Shown: in pieces, positions 61,387 to 64,000 of the stretch | Position numbering within the stretch: the first letter of the stretch is position 1 | Layout of the letters: each line of letters begins with the position of its first letter | From: Andalucia godoyi And28 | Taxonomy: Eukaryota > Protista > Jakobida | Length of the DNA: 64,000 bases | Assembly: GCA_009859145.1 (NCBI GenBank) | Contig: VRVR01000043.1 | Span: 191,185 to 255,184, forward strand | Direction of reading: 5' to 3' | Translations under genes and position numbers: made by a program | The notes under the pieces: generated by a model | The model's database searches: none | What the model saw: only the letters and a program-made list of their open reading frames with translations | What the model was told of the DNA's origin: nothing

Positions 61387-62694
61387 ATGAATCAGCCATT
61401 GCTAGAAGCGCAGCCCGTGGAACAGCGAGTTTTGGTCCGTCATCGGACAGCATCCTTGCTGGCCAAGCTTCGCAAGTCTGTTGTGCTGCGGTATGACGGC
61501 CAGGAGAAAAACCGGTTGTCTGCCGTAGCAGTGGATCGAAAGCTGCGATATCTGAATGTGATCATTACATTCTTTGCGACTTTGGGAATTTTGCTGATGA
61601 TATCCTTCGTTGAACTGGACTGGAATTCAGATCAGCAAGAGTATGTATTGTCTCCCACTGGCCTGTTTCTAAAGGTTGTGAATGTCGTCGTAGCGTGGAT
61701 ATGTGCAGTTCTGTTATTTTATTATTATGCATTTCGATCGCAAATTCAGCAAACGCAGTGGTCGTTTGGATCTCGGCTTCAGGCGATCTGGCATTCGTCG
61801 CTACGATGGAAGTTTCTCATGGAGCTTCTGGCGGTGTTGATTGTTCCCATTCCGTTTACAACGATGGATGATCCATTTCAGATTGAGTGCGCAGGTATCA
61901 TGTTTGCCAGGTTGTATTTGTGGGTCAGAGCCGTGCGTGATTTTAGTACAATTTATGTGCTGCGACATCTTATCCGGGCGTCGAATGATTTCTTTCGACG
62001 ATTTCGGCCAAAGATTGGCATTCGTCGTTCGTTCAAAGTGCTTTTTTATGAACGAACAATTTTTGTGTCGATTGTTTTTCTTTGTTTTTCGCTTCTGATT
62101 TCAGCTTTTATCATCTACACAGCAGAACGCGGAGAGCCTCACACGAATTTCGACTCGTATATTACCGCCATATGGTACACTTGGGCTGCAGCGTCAAGCA
62201 CCGGCTATGGTGATGTAGTCCCCACGACTACGTATGGTCGTATTATTGGGATCTTGCAAGGTGCACTGGGAATTGTCACGATTGCTGTTTTAGGCGGTGT
62301 CATCACCAACAAGCTGTCTCCGACTCGGAATGATAACTATGCGATGCATTTCGTCAAAGCACGTAGCGTGCGCAAAAAACAGGGCTACTGGGCAGCGGTT
62401 TTGATACAGACAATATGGAGAACGAAAACGAAACGGATCAGCCCGGCAGCAGCAGCAGCCCTCATCAAAACTGCTAGAAAACAGCTGAAGCGCGTGAAGC
62501 TATTTAATACTCTCCACGGTAAGGGAGAGACCGCAGCATTTGGTGCTCATGCAAATGACGATAGCTGCTCCTCAGAGGAGATCTTGGATGCTGTTGTCAT
62601 GATCCAGAAAAGCATCACTGCCTTGAAGAAAGAAGTCCGTGAGCTCCGAAGCGTTGTTGCCACCAAGTCCGCGGGAAGCAGCGTTGCTATCTAG
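61387..62694 (+). CDS. SK/KCNN-like 6TM potassium channel
   Basis: Six TM segments; S4-like FARLYLWVRAVRDFS; pore WYTWAAASSTGYGDVVPTTTYGR; C-terminal AAVLIQTIWR calmodulin-binding-like motif and coiled coil. Confidence 0.85.
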   Translation: MNQPLLEAQPVEQRVLVRHRTASLLAKLRKSVVLRYDGQEKNRLSAVAVDRKLRYLNVIITFFATLGILLMISFVELDWNSDQQEYVLSPTGLFLKVVNVVVAWICAVLLFYYYAFRSQIQQTQWSFGSRLQAIWHSSLRWKFLMELLAVLIVPIPFTTMDDPFQIECAGIMFARLYLWVRAVRDFSTIYVLRHLIRASNDFFRRFRPKIGIRRSFKVLFYERTIFVSIVFLCFSLLISAFIIYTAERGEPHTNFDSYITAIWYTWAAASSTGYGDVVPTTTYGRIIGILQGALGIVTIAVLGGVITNKLSPTRNDNYAMHFVKARSVRKKQGYWAAVLIQTIWRTKTKRISPAAAAALIKTARKQLKRVKLFNTLHGKGETAAFGAHANDDSCSSEEILDAVVMIQKSITALKKEVRELRSVVATKSAGSSVAI

Positions 62695-63058
62695 ACACGC
62701 TGTCGTGAATGGAATTGCACAGTTGTGGAATTGGAAGGCTTTGCAGGAAACGGGCGACTTCATCAAGGACTGACTCTGAACAAACAGGTGAGAGTACCAG
62801 TGCCGATCGTCCATTTGTTACGACCCAAGTCGATTTTAGGCGAACTCGTGCTTTGAATATGTTGGAAGCTTTGTGCCTGCTCTCCCTCCTTTTTATCGGT
62901 GTAGGTTCTCAATGACAAGTAGCTTTTTGCTCCTTGCGCTGTCGCAGAAGTCCCAGCATGTCGGAATGTCGAGGGAAGGGCGAGATGCAGCGTGTGCGCA
63001 GTCGTTGAGCAAGGAGGATATGTGCAGCACTCATCATTCTCATGATGGCCACCTTCGG

Positions 63059-64000
63059 TCACCCATTCGCGCACGAGTCGCCTTCGTGGCACAGCGCGGT
63101 GCACCGACGGTTGTTCTTGGTGCATGGACGGTGTGAGTTGGAGCATTTCTTTTTCGCTCTCCTACAGTTACAGAAGCGCGGTCCATCGTTTGACAATATT
63201 GGCTCGATACCCGTTGAATGCTTCATCCCAGCTTCGGAGACGGATATCGTTTCCACTGTCTCTTGGCTTTGGTATTTTTGGAACATGGCTCGGAGTTGCG
63301 CATCTTGGTTTGTTCCTTTGGGAGCAAGTGCCACGAGAGCAGAAGACTTCATCGCAGGCTCAACTAGCTTTCCTTCAAAGAGGACCTTGTACGAATCCAT
63401 TGGCTTTCCTGTTCTTCGGTTGCGCATCCGCTCTGCGACAACTCCAGGCTGTCTCACGGGAGCCAGTTTGCTTGCCCCTGGAACATCGAAATACACTGGC
63501 GCTCCCTCTTCGAATGTGATGACAGAGACGACGGTGGGCGCAGGCGGTGCAAATTGCGATTGCTCCGGGGATCCCAAGTCCCGAGGAGATGTGTCGATGA
63601 TCAGGTCGATGGGCGATTCCGAAAGCACCGGTGATTGAAGGCTCAAGTCGACTGTTGCATCAGGAGCAGGATGCTGTGGCGATTTGTTGAGGGTTGCAGC
63701 AAACACGTCGTAGATATCCAAATTCTGTTTACGCAATCTCTGAAAACACATCAGGACAGGAACAGAAGTAAAAAGAAACGGCAAGTGCAAAACACCACAG
63801 CAGCAAACGGGTCCGCAGGACGATTGCCTGGATGTGGAGATGACGGTTTCATTGGCACAAGTGCTTCTGGCTGCACAGTTTCTCGATATGGGTAGAGCGG
63901 GAGCGGAATTAGTGCTGCTGGACATCAGCGAGCTCGTTTGGTGCGATCGGTGAGCTGTACTTTTCAATGTAAAATGTGCTGTCATCCTCAGTTTTTTTGC
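63059..64000 (-). CDS. 5'-truncated ORF resembling the C-terminus of Ginger2/KRBA2-type DDE transposases
   Basis: Frame is open to the window edge. A Cys cluster is followed by SH3-like VYFDVPG..PGVV..YKVLFEGKL, then ETISVSEAG, and terminal CNCRRAKKKCSNSHRPCTKNNRRCTALCHEGDSCAN. Confidence 0.55.
   Translation of the reverse strand, partial: AKKLRMTAHFTLKSTAHRSHQTSSLMSSSTNSAPALPISRNCAARSTCANETVISTSRQSSCGPVCCCGVLHLPFLFTSVPVLMCFQRLRKQNLDIYDVFAATLNKSPQHPAPDATVDLSLQSPVLSESPIDLIIDTSPRDLGSPEQSQFAPPAPTVVSVITFEEGAPVYFDVPGASKLAPVRQPGVVAERMRNRRTGKPMDSYKVLFEGKLVEPAMKSSALVALAPKGTNQDAQLRAMFQKYQSQETVETISVSEAGMKHSTGIEPILSNDGPRFCNCRRAKKKCSNSHRPCTKNNRRCTALCHEGDSCANG

Noticed and set aside
1-64000. tRNA, rRNA and telomeric repeats
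   Set aside because: None recognised on either strand by eye; tRNAscan-SE or Infernal would be needed to exclude divergent ones.

Overview
Gene-dense, intron-poor nuclear DNA of a flagellated, mitochondrion-bearing protist. The coding regions are GC-rich and separated by short AT-rich or microsatellite spacers, the genetic code is standard, and there are a few GT-AG introns of about 140-175 nt. A jakobid/Discoba-type host is only a guess. About 23 protein genes can be supported, including TMEM144, DBT, PTGES2, RRP12, a two-exon SERF missed by the ORF track, SETD6-like, XRCC2, SIN1, a CCR4-family nuclease, a kinesin-PH protein, LRRIQ3, LRRC9 and an SK-like K+ channel. The strongest hidden signal is a family of decayed Fanzor2/TnpB (OMEGA RNA-guided nuclease) elements on the minus strand. 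One frameshifted pseudogene lies at about 60.4-61.4 kb. A 405-bp non-autonomous copy with a 12-bp direct repeat sits exactly on the SETD6 stop codon, and a probable 180-bp mini-copy lies at 25.0-25.2 kb; these share end motifs and part of the putative omegaRNA region. Other highlights are a 1924-aa membrane-anchored phage tail-fibre-like protein, a duplicated structured element in two divergent promoters, a DNRLRE/Cys-rich receptor with a frameshift in a 99-bp tandem array, and a Ginger/KRBA2-like transposase C-terminus at the right edge. All family assignments come from motif recognition by eye; no searches were run.
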